Shown here: positions 31,061 through 45,289 of the stretch, in pieces
How the letters are laid out: the number at the start of each line of letters is the position of its first letter
Numbering within the stretch: the first letter of the stretch is position 1
From: the human T2T-CHM13v2.0 reference genome, Homo sapiens
Direction: 5' to 3' (one strand)
DNA length: 64,000 bases
Assembly (NCBI RefSeq): GCF_009914755.1
Contig: NC_060926.1
Made by a program: the position numbers and the translations under genes
The notes under the pieces: generated by a model
What the model was told of the DNA's origin: nothing
Database searches by the model: none
The model's input: the letters and a program-made list of their open reading frames with translations, nothing else

Positions 31061-32267
31061 AGCCCCAGCCTGGGGGATGTCTGCAGTCCTTTCCAGTTCT
31101 CTGATTCTGTGACCCACCTATCTAGAAGGCTGCAGCCTGTAGCCCATTGGGATGCAGCACAGATGAGTTGTGTGAGTCATACCGCATATGCCCTGAACAC
31201 AATGCACTCACCTTGGTCAACATTCTGAGAGTCATTATCCCAGACCCCCTCAACCTCTACAAAATTGCCCTCTGGTGCCCCTAGTCAGAGTCAGAATCCT
31301 GACTTATAAGGCCACTCCGGTGTCTTAAGGCACAGGAAAACCAAACCTAAACTAATAACTGAACAACTGCTATGTACCAGGCACATACATCTATAATTGC
31401 TAATCCTTACAACCACCTTCCAAGACAGGTTCTATTATTTTCATTCTACAAAGGAAACAAGGGGCTCAGGAGGGTTAAGCAACTTTAATAAAGCAGTAGC
31501 TGGTGAACTAAGGCTGAGATTCAAGCTCAGGTTCTGGATCCAAACCCCACGTTCTTTCCATTATACCCACTTGGCCAAAGCTAGGGCCATGACTTGGGCC
31601 AGGAGAAGACAGCGTTACCTAAGGCAAAACCATTGGGTTCAGCTGCGTCGCTGGCTATTAAAGGTCCGAAGCCCCACAGTCAGGTGTGAGCTGGGTCCCA
31701 TGGCCTGCTCAGCTCCAGGCCTCCCCGTGTGGGGAGACAGTCCCCTTGTCTAATACACATCAGGCTGCCAGCCTCAGTTTGTATTTTTACAGTCCACTAA
31801 TTAGGCCATTTTAACTAATTTGTTTGCATTTTGTATGAGCAAGTTGGGCTTTTGGATTGACTAATGTAATTGCAGCTGGTTTCTGCCAAATACAAATTAC
31901 TCAGTCTAGTGTGGGCTAGGGAGAAAAGCAAATATTTAATAGACATCAATACCCTTGTAGCTTTTTAGTGGAGCCTTTTTTTCCCCTATGGAAAGTTGAA
32001 GTAATTTCTCCAGCATCTGATTGAACTTTCATGTTGGGGAATTACTTTTTAATCATTTTTTTAAAAAATAATGAGACAAAGGCTTTAGTGACTCTGTTGG
32101 GTTTTATCTCTGATCCATTTGCCCCTAAGCTTGGGAAACTCACGGGACTTTTACCCGTCCAGCCTGGCTCCCCACAATCCCTTTCTGCGTGGGCTAGTCC
32201 AGCAACTGCGAATCGGTCTGCGTCACAAATTGTCACAGCCGAAAGGGGCCTGAGAGATCATCTAGTT

Positions 32268-32442
32268 CAGTAGTTCTCCAAGTGTATTCCTGGGCCGGAA
32301 GCACTGGCCACACCTGGGAACTTGTTAGAAATGCATATTCTCAGGCCTACTGAATCAGAAGCTCTGGGGTTAGGGCCCAGCAAACTGTGTTTTAACAAAC
32401 CCTCCAGGTGGTTCTGATGGAGGCTGAACTTGAGAACCACTG
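32268..32442. mobile_element. MER5A (hAT-Charlie MITE) nested in a MIR
   Basis: TIRs cagtagttctc / gagaaccactg; perfect 8-bp TSD atctagtt. Confidence 0.92.
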
Positions 32443-33112
32443 ATCTAGTTCAAGCATTTCATTTTACAAATGAGGAAACTGGGGCCTGGAAAGAGTCTAT
32501 GCTTCTGGTCACAGCAGGGACTGTGCCTGTTTCACTCATTGTGCATCCCCCAACACACAGGGCCTGGCTTGTGGTAAGCACTCAGTAAATCTTTGCTGAA
32601 TAGATGAATAAGGGAATGAATAAGCCAGAACTAGAAACAACATCTCTGAGTCCTAACTCACTCCACCAGAGCTTTCTCTTGCCCCAGGGAAGGATGGAGG
32701 CATGGGGGAAGAACTGCTTCTTGGTTCTTGCTTTGTGAGAGGCTTGAAGCATTGTATCTGTGGCCTGTCCTGTAGGAGGATGGCAGCTCTACCGCCAAGG
32801 TCTTGCTCCCCAGCCATGGGCCAGTCTTGTTCACTGTCCCTGCACCAGTAGTTTGACCAAGCAAGCCCATGCCGCACTAGGAATTGTGTCTGTTGCTTTC
32901 ATAGATCCTGTCACTGTCTGAGGCATAATCAGGCCCCCTGCCTAGGTCTTAGATTCCCTGACCAATAAGCTCAGCTCAGAGAGTGAATGGGGAGAATTAA
33001 AGTGAGATCCAATTCATGAAAAAAGAGATTTCTAAGGCAAGGGTCCTAGGAAGGTGGGTCTTCAGGTTCAGTTACTGGGTCCTGTGAAGCCAAGGAGGAG
33101 GGGGTGGGGAGA

Positions 33113-33150
33113 GGGAGGGAGAGAGGGAGAGGAAGAGAGGAGAGAGAGAC

Positions 33151-33184
<34 letters not shown>
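33113..33184. repeat. (GA)n-rich microsatellite
   Basis: Direct reading. Confidence 0.95.
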
Positions 33185-33949
33185 TCGGTCCTCAAAGTTT
33201 TTAGTTGCAGACATGTAGAGCCATGTTGCCTGGATCTGGGTGGCGTACCCCTGGCTGCCTTGGTCCCCCAGCCCTGGCCTGCTGACCCTCTCTGAAATGA
33301 GAAGAAGGGGAAGGCAAACAGGTTTCAAGAGTTTTTAAACAAAAAAGGAGATCTCCCAGGGCATGAGTGACAGGCTTCTGAGAAGGTTCCTGGGTCCCTG
33401 ATCCTGTTACATTCTATGAACTAACTACGCAACTGAAAGTATCAATCCACATGGATCCAACCACTCAAGGAGCTTATGTTCTTCGAACCTCAAGTTCAAA
33501 TGGCTCTCACGCCATACTGCTACCCAAGTCCCTTATCTTTGATTGTCTACATGCCTATAGTCCCCACAGAAGAGCAGAGTGATCTTTCCAATGTTGATAG
33601 AAAACTCTTTGGATACTCAATGCCTTCATAGTTATTGCCACACTTCCCTGAGACCTATCCTTAGGAAAGAACTTGATAAACTCATTCACTTACAGGTGGT
33701 AGCAACCAGTAAGAGCTGCCTTTTCCATCCCCATGGAAGATTTAAGCTGATGATTTCATACCTTAGTGCTAGCTATTAATTCCTAACTTGTGGTTGACTA
33801 ACCCACAACTTCTTCTCTGGGCCCTGCATATTTTGTATTTTTTCATGCTCTCTGGGGCTCCCAGTAGAGGGATAAAGAGATTCCTAGTTGCAGACAGATT
33901 CTTAACTTTATGTGTTCTTGAGTTAAAGAGCTCTATTGTAAAGGGTAAC

Positions 33950-34400
33950 TTTACTAACAGATAATTATTGGGCACCTACTGGGGCAAGGCAATGTTCTAG
34001 ATGCTGACAGTGAAAAAAGACAGATGAGGTTCCTGCATCCATGGGTTTACATTCTAGATCAAGGAAATGGAAAATAAACAAGTTAACAAATAAGTGAGGA
34101 ACATAACTTCCAAAGGCAAGAAGTGCTGTGAAAACAATAAAGCGGGATGAAGTAGAGTGACTTTAGGAGCCAAGTTAGATGTGTTCCTCGGGCAAAGCCT
34201 CTCTAAGGAGGTGCCATTTGAGCTAACTGAACAGGAAGGAGCCAGGTCTGGAATGTGAGGGAAGAGCATTCCGTCCGAGAGAAGGGCCTGGGTAAAGGTC
34301 TGTAGTCGGGGGTGAACTTAGTGTGTTCAGAAACAGAGGCCTGTGTGGCTAGATGTGCATGTCCTTGAGAAGAGCAATCTTAGGGGAGGGTTGGGGGCAG
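33950..34400 (-). mobile_element. L2 3' fragment
   Basis: ttattgggcacctact...ggaggtgccatttgagc...gaagagcattcc. Confidence 0.75.
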
Positions 34401-34548
34401 GTGGCAGACTATGACAACATCCTTAGTTCTTTGCAATTGTTTTATGATGAAGGGAAGCAGGTAAATGGGCTGGAAACTGGAGGAGGTAATCAAGTTCAAG
34501 GGAGGAATCTGTTGTGGTGATCTGGTTTGTGTGTCTGTGTGTGTGCTT

Positions 34549-34843
<295 letters not shown>

Positions 34844-35249
34844 AGGTTTGTGTGTTTTTATGGAAGAGGGTTGGATGTTGATAGGGATGATCAACACACA
34901 TTCCTATGTGAGAACTCCCAACCCTGACCCTCCTACCCTCTGTGGAAGGGCCAGGCAACTGACAAAGACCCCCACCTACTGCTCCTTCATCCCTGCATGC
35001 TGCCTACACCGGCAGACACTCAGAGAAGACTTTCAACCCCCTATTTGTGCTGACTGCACACCATCTTGAGCTGCAGTAGATATTGGGGTCACCTTGGAGC
35101 CCCAGTCCTTGCAGAGACTTTCCCAGCTGAATCTTATTATGTCTACATGTCCTTATCAACCTGGTCAATCCCAGGAGCTCAAGCCACCCAGTCCCTTTGC
35201 CAGATCTCACCCAACACAGCCTTGTACATCCTAACCTGGCTTAGGTTCT

Positions 35250-36760
<1,511 letters not shown>

Positions 36761-36767
36761 TCTAAAA

Positions 36768-36978
36768 CAGGGATTAGCAAACTCTGTAAAAGGCCAGATA
36801 GTAAACATTTCAGGCTTGATGGGCCACATGGTCTCTGTCGATTGGCCTTGTGGTTGTAGCAGGAAAGCAGCTACGTATAATGTGTATAAATGAATGGCCA
36901 TGGCTCTGATCCAATAAGATTTTATTCACAAAACAGGTAGCATGAGAATGAATTTGTTCCATGAGCCAAAGTTTGCCT
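36768..36978. mobile_element. MER58A-like hAT MITE
   Basis: ggccagatagtaaacattt...taaatgaatggccatggct hallmark. Confidence 0.85.
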
Positions 36979-37047
36979 AATCAAGAATAGTATATAGACT
37001 CTTACTGGGTTAAACAACCATGTGCTCTGTCAATAAAATTATGATAG

Positions 37048-37283
37048 AGGCTAGGTGCGGTGGCTCACGCCTGTAATCCCAGCACTTTGGGAGGCCAAGG
37101 TGGCAGATTGCTTGAGCCCAGGACTTTGAGACCAACCTGGGCAACATAGTGAGACCATGCCTCCACAGACAATAAAAAAAATTAGCCAGTCGTGGTGGCG
37201 TGTGCCTGTGGTCCCAGCTAGTCAGGAGACTGAGGTGGGAAGATCACTTGAGCCCCGGAGGTCAAGACTTCAGTGAGCCAGAT
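37048..37283 (+). mobile_element. 3'-truncated AluJ
   Basis: Ends abruptly at cagtgagccaga with no tail. Confidence 0.9.
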
Positions 37284-37619
37284 AGCTGGCAGGGAGAGAG
37301 GTGAGAATGTAAAGGGTCCAGGGTGATTTTTGAAGGTAATGGTTATGTTTTTATTTTCATGGATGTTTTGTGCATGTCCATAAGTTATTTTGGATATAAA
37401 CGGCAAAATATAGGAGATAGCCACATCCTATTTTTATTATTGGCAATTCAATTGGCTGTTTAATTTTTTCCATTATTTCTTTTAGAAAACACTTGAGTAG
37501 TTCTTTCCAAAATTGGTGGAGATTCTGCTATCTCTCACGTGATGATCATGACACCTGGATTAGGAGTTGGACTCCAGATGAGATCTATGACTGTTGGGTT
37601 CCCTGGGATGGGGTTGGTT

Positions 37620-37746
37620 TTGTGTGTGCGGGTTGTGGGGGGAGGTGTGTGTGTGTGTGTGTGTGTGTTGTGGGGGGAGGTGTGTGTGTGTGTGTGTTGT
37701 GGGGGGAGGTGTGTGTGTGTGTGTGTGTCAGACAGAGAGAGAGAGA
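37620..37746. repeat. Compound repeat [ttgtggggggagg(tg)n]x3 followed by (GA)n
   Basis: Direct reading. Confidence 0.93.
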
Positions 37747-38844
37747 ATGTGTGTACATATGCAGGAGGTGCTCTGGAAGGGTCTCACCTAACAAAACAGC
37801 CTTCACTTTTAGCCCACAATTATAGTCTGCATGCAATAGTTATTGCAAGGTTGCCTTTAAAGACATCCTCATACACTCTAGATAGCTCTCTTCTACTTAG
37901 CCATTTCAGAGCACAGATTAGGAAAAGCTTTGCTGAAGTCCCTTTGGTTGGATATGTTCTCTGCTTGGGGAAACCATGGCCACTATGAATAGAACCCTGT
38001 TTGCTGTCTGTTGTCACTCTCCAATAGTATCTCCAGGGCTAAGACACTATTGTAGAGAGTTGACATGTCTTCTCTTCTTCTGTGATGTCTCGACCTGCTG
38101 AGAGCAATTGGTGCAGGTATCCCAGGGCCTGAGTTAGACCAGGATCCATCTCATCTCTGGGTAGTTAACCTGGGTCCTCTGCCCTCTCCCACTGCAGGGG
38201 TAGTGAGTGTCAACACTCTTTCTGCCCTACCATGCCTGGCCACTGGGAGTATAACTGATTTCTTTTCTTTATCCTATCCCTTCTGGAATAACTAAAAGAT
38301 TTCAAAAAGAACTCAAAACTGAGACACAGTAAACACACACACAAATTGTGGCATTTACAATTTTAGATTATTAGACTGTTGAATCTCTGTGTGGCCAAAG
38401 ACCTGTACAGGGGGCTTTGGAGGGGTCACAGGGGGCCAGGAGTCAGAGGGGATGGTTTCTCAACCCAAGAGACAGGAGATCAAACCTAAAGGAGAAGAAA
38501 AGCCAAGGATGATGTTAGAAAAAAAGAACAAAAACAGAAGGGAGCCTGGGAGGGGCCCAAACTAAGGCGTCTAGAACGAGATATCAAAATTAGAGCTTGA
38601 GTAGGGCTTAAAGAGCCAGAAGTAAAACTAAAGCATCTCAATCTGTAGCATCTCGCAAAAAGTTAACCTGGCTGGCACAGTTTTGGGGAGTACAATGCTT
38701 TTCCTTGGCTTCAGGAGACCCCCTTTCCCAACTCCTTTGACCTTCAAACATCGATTGCAGAATCAATGTTCATTGATTATTGTGCTTTCATTGGGACACA
38801 GCGCAGACACGCACAAATCAGCCAGCTCTTCCCTGACTATGGTG

Positions 38845-39163
38845 GTGGCCTAGTCCATCTGGGCTGCTATAACAAAATACCTTAAACTGGGTGGCTCATA
38901 AACAACAGAAATGTGTTTCCCACAGTTCTGGAGACTGGGAAGTCCGAGATCAAGGAACCAGCAGATTCGGTGTCTGGTGAGGGCCCATTTCCTGGTTCAC
39001 AGATGGTGATTTACACGATGGAGGGGGCAAGGCAGCCTTTTTTATGAGGCTCCCCCTCCATGACCTAATAAAGTCCCAAAGTCCCCACCTTATTACACCA
39101 TCACATTTGTGATTAAATTTCAACATATTAATTTGGGGAAGACACAAACATTCAGACCATAGC
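38845..39163 (-). mobile_element. MLT1A-like MaLR solo LTR
   Basis: gggctgctataacaaaatacc...aaacattcagaccatagc hallmark ends. Confidence 0.85.
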
Positions 39164-39731
39164 CGGTGGGCAAGGGCTGAATCCCCCTTGGCGCACAGCC
39201 CAGGGGATTGAGAACATTTGGAAAGGGAGAACTGGAGTGAACAAGCCATGTTGAAGGGTGAGTGAGTGCCCAGAAGCCATAGTCCTGGGAGTAGCATGAT
39301 GGCAGTGGACAGGCACACAAACAGGAAGAAACTGGCAGGTCTTTCCGGTGGTGACGTGAAACTCAAAGCCATTGGAAGGATGGCCGTGTGTTCTGAAAAT
39401 GAATCACCAGGGAGAAAGGAGCCTCTTCCACCCAGACATACAAGATACATCTCACCTACCCAATTATGGCCAATATTTGGGAGCCAGGATTTATGATTCA
39501 GAGTCAGTTTTCTTTTTCTTTCTTTTTTTTTTTTTTTGTGGGGGAGAAGTCATGGTGATTTTGAACCTTGGAGGAAAAGAATAAAGCCATTATGGAGAAA
39601 GCTGGGTGTATGAGTGGATTATAAGCCTGCATGGTGGCCTGGTTGGGGCTGTCACCCCCTTAATTAGAGTCACAGATTGCTCATGCCTCAAATATCTTGA
39701 GTAGGAAAGGAAGGAGCAAAAATGGAATGAG

Positions 39732-39756
39732 AATAATAATAATAATAATAATAATA
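39732..39756. repeat. (AAT)n microsatellite
   Basis: Direct reading. Confidence 0.9.
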
Positions 39757-41067
39757 AAGAATTTGCTGATATCAAATGTTTTCTCCTTGGTTTCTGCTTG
39801 CCCAGGTCTGAGTGGTGCAGCTTATAATTAGTCTCTGCTTGCAGAAGTGTGGTTCCAAAGACTTGAGGATTAAAGACAAACTCTAGAATTTCTCAGTACC
39901 TGACAAGCTGTAACATGAAAAGCTACACTTAGTCCATTAAAGATTTTTCACAGTGACACTTGAGTGCAGCTTCAGAAATATGCCACCTTGCCATTTATCA
40001 TTTTCAGGGCACGGGTGTCGGAAAGGAGTTTGCTATGAAGAACAAAACAAAATGGATTGCATGTGTAGAGGTGAGCTGGCGAATACTGATAAATGTACTT
40101 CACTGAATGTCAGCAAATGTCACTTGAGAAGCCATTTGCAGCTACCATAACAGCCTCCCAAACCCAACAAAGAGTAGCAAAAACGGGCAAAATGAACTGG
40201 GCGTCTTGCTTCCGCATGAATAAGCAATCAGCCCTCTCAGAAGTTACACCAGAAAGTTGTTAAACTTGATAGAAGAAGCTTTTCCAACCATACTGATGCA
40301 TACTATAGACTGCTGCAGAGGGCTGGAGACCTTCTGAGGACGTCAGCGCTGTGACTCTGGGCAGAACTTCACAACCCCTTCTCTTCCAGGTAGGTGCCTT
40401 CCTTTTGTATGTGCAGCCACTGGCTGTCTCTGAGACATATTTTCTGGGTTTTCCCACACCAGCTTGCTGCTTTTGCTGTGTCTACAGACCCCTCTACTCC
40501 CTACCCACTCCTAATCTACCCTCCCTTGCAGTGTAATCTGGGAGTGGCTGCAGATGTGACGTGGGATGCAGTCCTCACATGCCATATAAAGAGAAGACCC
40601 AACAGTAACACCCTTGAGCCAAAATTTCAGTCTCTCACTCAAGAAAAGAATTTTCAATGTGTCTCCTGGTTAATGTGAAAATTGGAGTAATGGACTCAGC
40701 TTCTGGTTCATTCTTGGTGCCCTGGCCAAAACTTTCCCTCTATGTGATTTAGGATTTCTGGAAGATGGGGCCAAGTGTTCTTCAGAATTCAGCTTGGGTT
40801 GAGATGTTCCCTTCTTCCTCCTCAGCTTGGTGAGTCTCCAGACTTTCCTGCAGAGAAGTAAATGGGAAAGAAGATCATATTCTCAGAAAAGCTCTCCATG
40901 GAATGTGAGATTAATTAAAATAAAATTCCAGCCCCTCTTCATTTTCTAATCTCTGGGGGCTCCTCCTCCTCTTTAACACATACGAGGTCATCCAATACTT
41001 TTTTCCTCCTTCATACCAAGAGACTTTAACAGAGTAGCCTGAATTTGTCTGGCCTTGTGAAATATAC

Positions 41068-41099
41068 CACACACACACGCACGCACGCACGCACGCACA
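41068..41099. repeat. (CA)n(CACG)n microsatellite
   Basis: Direct reading. Confidence 0.9.
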
Positions 41100-44000
41100 T
41101 TGCCCATACAAACTGAGGTCAGTTAGGCTTTCATTGGTGCAATGCTGTGGTATAGGGCTCAGATACAAGAAGCCCTTTGCTGAATGTACATCTCAGACTC
41201 TGTCCCTGAATGTGCTAATGGACACACTTCCCTCTTCACACTGTTCTGCCATATGTTTAGCCTGTGTACATTGGAAATGAATACATTTTACAACCAGGAA
41301 AAGATGGGCTCTTGGGAAAGTGAGCTTCCCTCAGATGAACTCGGAGGGATGGTGCAGGAAGGAGGGGTTGGAAGCTAGCTCCTCTTCAGCCACACTCCTT
41401 GCAGAGTTCTTAATTCTTGGTGTTTCCTCCTTTTAAATTAGGTGCTTCCCATGGAAGGGCCTTTACTTGGGTCTCGGGAACTCACAAGCCATCTGCTTAT
41501 TACTGAAATTGAATTGCCCTCAACTTGTTGACTTTCATGTCAACAAGTTTAGTTTAGGAAGAAACAGTGGCATGTTTAGGAGAGAGAAAAGGAGAAGATG
41601 AAAGCCAGATCTCTGGATCAGAGGTGGAGGTGAGGGAAAAGTGGAAGAGATCCTCCAGAGAGAATGAGATGTGAAATGTTCCGCTTGAGGCAGGACCCAT
41701 AATACAGCCTGGCAGCACTTTACTCAGTTAAGACACTTTCTGAAGAGCAAATCTCTGCTGTGTCCCAGCGTGGAATGTATGTCCCAGACCCAAAAAGCTA
41801 CTAAAGCATAAAAACACATTCTAAAGAAAAGACAATATGGGTGCAGATTTCTCATTGTGCCAGTATTCTTTATTTTCTTAGTTGCTGTAATTTTAAAATT
41901 TGTATCTTAAAGCTCAAGCTAATAAGCATCTGTTCCCTGGTGTGAAAAGAAACTGTTCATAATTGATTAATATCACACGCATCCTGTAATTGCTTGAGGC
42001 TAGAGCTATGTAAAAACCTACCTTCCCATTGTTTTGTCTTTAAAGAACAAAAACAAAAACTGTGTCGTATAGACAAGGGTAGCCAATATTGTCTCTTTCA
42101 GTGAGAAAAAGCAAAGCTGATTTGGGTGAGCTACTTTACCCACTAATTAGTGGCAGTAGCAGGTTTCCTTGTTTTTAATCCAGAAGCTGTTTACAGTGGA
42201 TTCTTCTCTGCTCTATTTAAAAACCTAACAAGGCCCCTTTAACCATTTTGCATTCTGGGATGTTTCAAACAAAATGTTAAATTGCTACCACAAGAAGAAG
42301 ATTTGTTTAAAATACAAAACTGCTTAGAATTGCAGTAATCCCCTCATTCTTGCAAGAATGTAAACAGGACATCAGTTTAGGGAACATTTGCCCATGGAAA
42401 AGTCTCCTCTGAGCAAGAAACTTCACCCACTGCATGGGAGCAATGGGCATCATTTAATCAGCTCTAGACATTCCCAGTTTCAAACTGAGTTCCCCTGTCC
42501 TTGAAGGAGTGGAAAGATACATTAAAGTGGGAGATAAATAAGCAAATTTCAGGTTAACACTGCAGACAGGCCATCCTAAGGAGAAATGTTTAGAGGAATT
42601 TATTATCAGACTTCCACATAACTTCACTCACGTATTCATTCATTCAAGTAGGCACTTTTAAATGCCTACCTTATGTCAGACCTGACATAATATCTTACCT
42701 AGATAGCAAGTTTGCTTAGAAGTCACACTCTTTGCCATCTAGAATCACACTCTTTATGGCTCAGCTCAAACCCCATCTCTTCCTTCTAAGGTTTCTCCCA
42801 TGCTTCCCTGTGTGCTTCCAACCAAGACACCCATAAAGCAGCATTGTTCTGTGCTGTCCTGAACTGGGTACATCTTTCTCCACAACAAGTGTTAGTTCCT
42901 TGAAAAAAGGGTCTCTATCTTATCTCTGCATCACTGAGATAGTCTTTCCTAGTCTGCTCTTTAAAATGAGATTTAAGGCACTGAAAACTGGGTTATCTCT
43001 CACTCACGTAGAGATCTAAACCACTTTGGTGTGAATACATGGGAAGCAGCCTTCTCCTCCTTGGCTACTGATAGTGTCTGGATTCAGCATTCAATGAAGG
43101 TTGTACCAACGATGTAGGTTGGGGAGGAAGTGGATGAGTCCATCCGGATAATCTGGGTGTCATGCAGGCAACATCAGACTGGTTAATTTGGAGGAATAGG
43201 AGCTGAATTATCCAAACAATTGTGTAGATGCAGCCTCTGCTGGCAGAGCCATTTTCCCCACCTCTGTATCAAATATGCTTTAGAGATTTGGGAGTTGACA
43301 CCGCATCCAGATATAGTGGGAGAGAAATGGAGAACATTCACATTTTGCTCTGCAGTTGCCAGACTTGAGGAATCCAAGCTTCTTTCCTACTACAGTAACT
43401 TATACTATTTCGCAGTGGGAAGAGTTTGGTGTAGGAATCATTCTATCTTCCCTCTCTTGTTTCTGCCTAGGTGGTCACAGGGGAGAGAATACCTAGCCCC
43501 ACCAACCCCACACAGCCAATTTTGCTATTGAAATCTAAGATTTTGCATGAGATCCGCACATGTTAATGACTTTTGATGAAGAGATTTTCTTTTTTAAATC
43601 AGGGATTCAGAAATTCCCTTCCTTCCTTGTGACGCCTATTATTTTCATGTGGGCCTTTCAGGGAAGAATCTTTAAAATTTTCAATCTTTTAAAGCAGAGT
43701 CCCCCAAGCAGGCAGAATACATCCTGTCAGAGCCAAATGTCAGGCCAGAAGAACCTGTGCTTCGAGTCACTTGGCAAATGCGCAGAGTTTAACAAGCTCT
43801 ATTTTTTCCCTTAAAAATACACAAAACTCACTTAACATAATTCATAGTAACACTTTCTTATTTCAAATATTTCATTTCAGTTCCTTAAAATGTATTTGTT
43901 TCCCTGCCCAGTTGGGTGGGGGGGGGGGGAAATCTGCTTCAATTTTAAGAAGAAAAATATAAAGTTTCTAAAAGTAAGGATAGCTGAAAAGTTTTTTCCC

Positions 44001-45289
44001 CTCTTAAATTGAGATTCAGAAAAAATAAATTTCTATATTCATTTACTTCTGTTGTGAGAGCAGAAATGCCACCTTTGTTCAAAGAAAGTTTTTGAAATGA
44101 TACAAATCTACATGTGCATGTTTCTAGAATTAATACCCATATGTTCACTGTAGCGGTGGGATTTTCTACTAGGGGAATCCGCATTGGGAGAAGTATCCCC
44201 GCCTTGGGAGCATTTAAGGAAATTTTAATATCCAAACAAAAGCAGTATTACCATCACTACCCACTCCCTCCCTTCGAGGAAAAACAATTAATAATTTGCA
44301 TATGCTCATGACACAAATTAAAGACAAAGGGCCACTCACAGGCTGTGGGCACTACATAGCCCTCCGCAGGCTGCAGAGTCCCAGCGCCGAACGGTTCTAG
44401 CTTCCGAATGAATAGCATTAAGCTGCACCACTAAAGCGAGGTGTTCTGGGCCCTCTGGCCCATTCCCACAATAGAATCGAGTTTCCCCAATCAGAAACAT
44501 CTCCCAATCTTTCCGTAAGCTTTTAGGGGGGAAAAAAAGAACATACAGTTCCAAGGGGGGAAAAATACATATATACTTTGCCCTTTTTATTTTAATAGCC
44601 AAACATGTAATGCTAGCTAAATAGAAATTCTTGTCTGTTAATAGGTTCCTTTAGTTTGTAATAAATAGGAATGCTAATGAGTAAAATTTGGTATTTGGTA
44701 TGCATTAGCTTTTGTGAGCTTTTCTTTACAGTCCTCATTGACATGCAATATGGCAAGCTTCCTTTGAAACATATTTATAAAATAACCACAGTATAATTAA
44801 ACCAACAAAGCCACCTTTTAAGTAAGCTTAATAGCACAGGTTTTTTTCACCTCGGTAAAATTTACTTTAAAAAAGAAAAATAGTTATGCCTCAATCCCAC
44901 TGTATATTTTATTCTGTGCATCTAATATTTCCTTTGCATCTACAATCTATGCATATCTAATTCTTTTTGACAACTATGATTATTAATAAAGTGCTTGTGA
45001 AAGATATGCTTCATAGCTTCTTCAACAAGAATAATGTTTTTTTGTTAATGGAAATTGTAACATATCTTGACAGATACAATATATGATGTGCTTTTTTCTT
45101 AATTGTTAATATTGCTATGCTGCATACACAAGGAGCAGATCAACAGATATGGCAGGTAATAATCAGAGTGGATGCCATTTTACACAATGTAACTAAAAAT
45201 ATTTTAATGATATAAAAGCAATAGATACATAAAAGCAATTATGTTTAATTTTGCTTTTGGTGTGCCGGCAACTTTTGGTTGTTGCTGCT

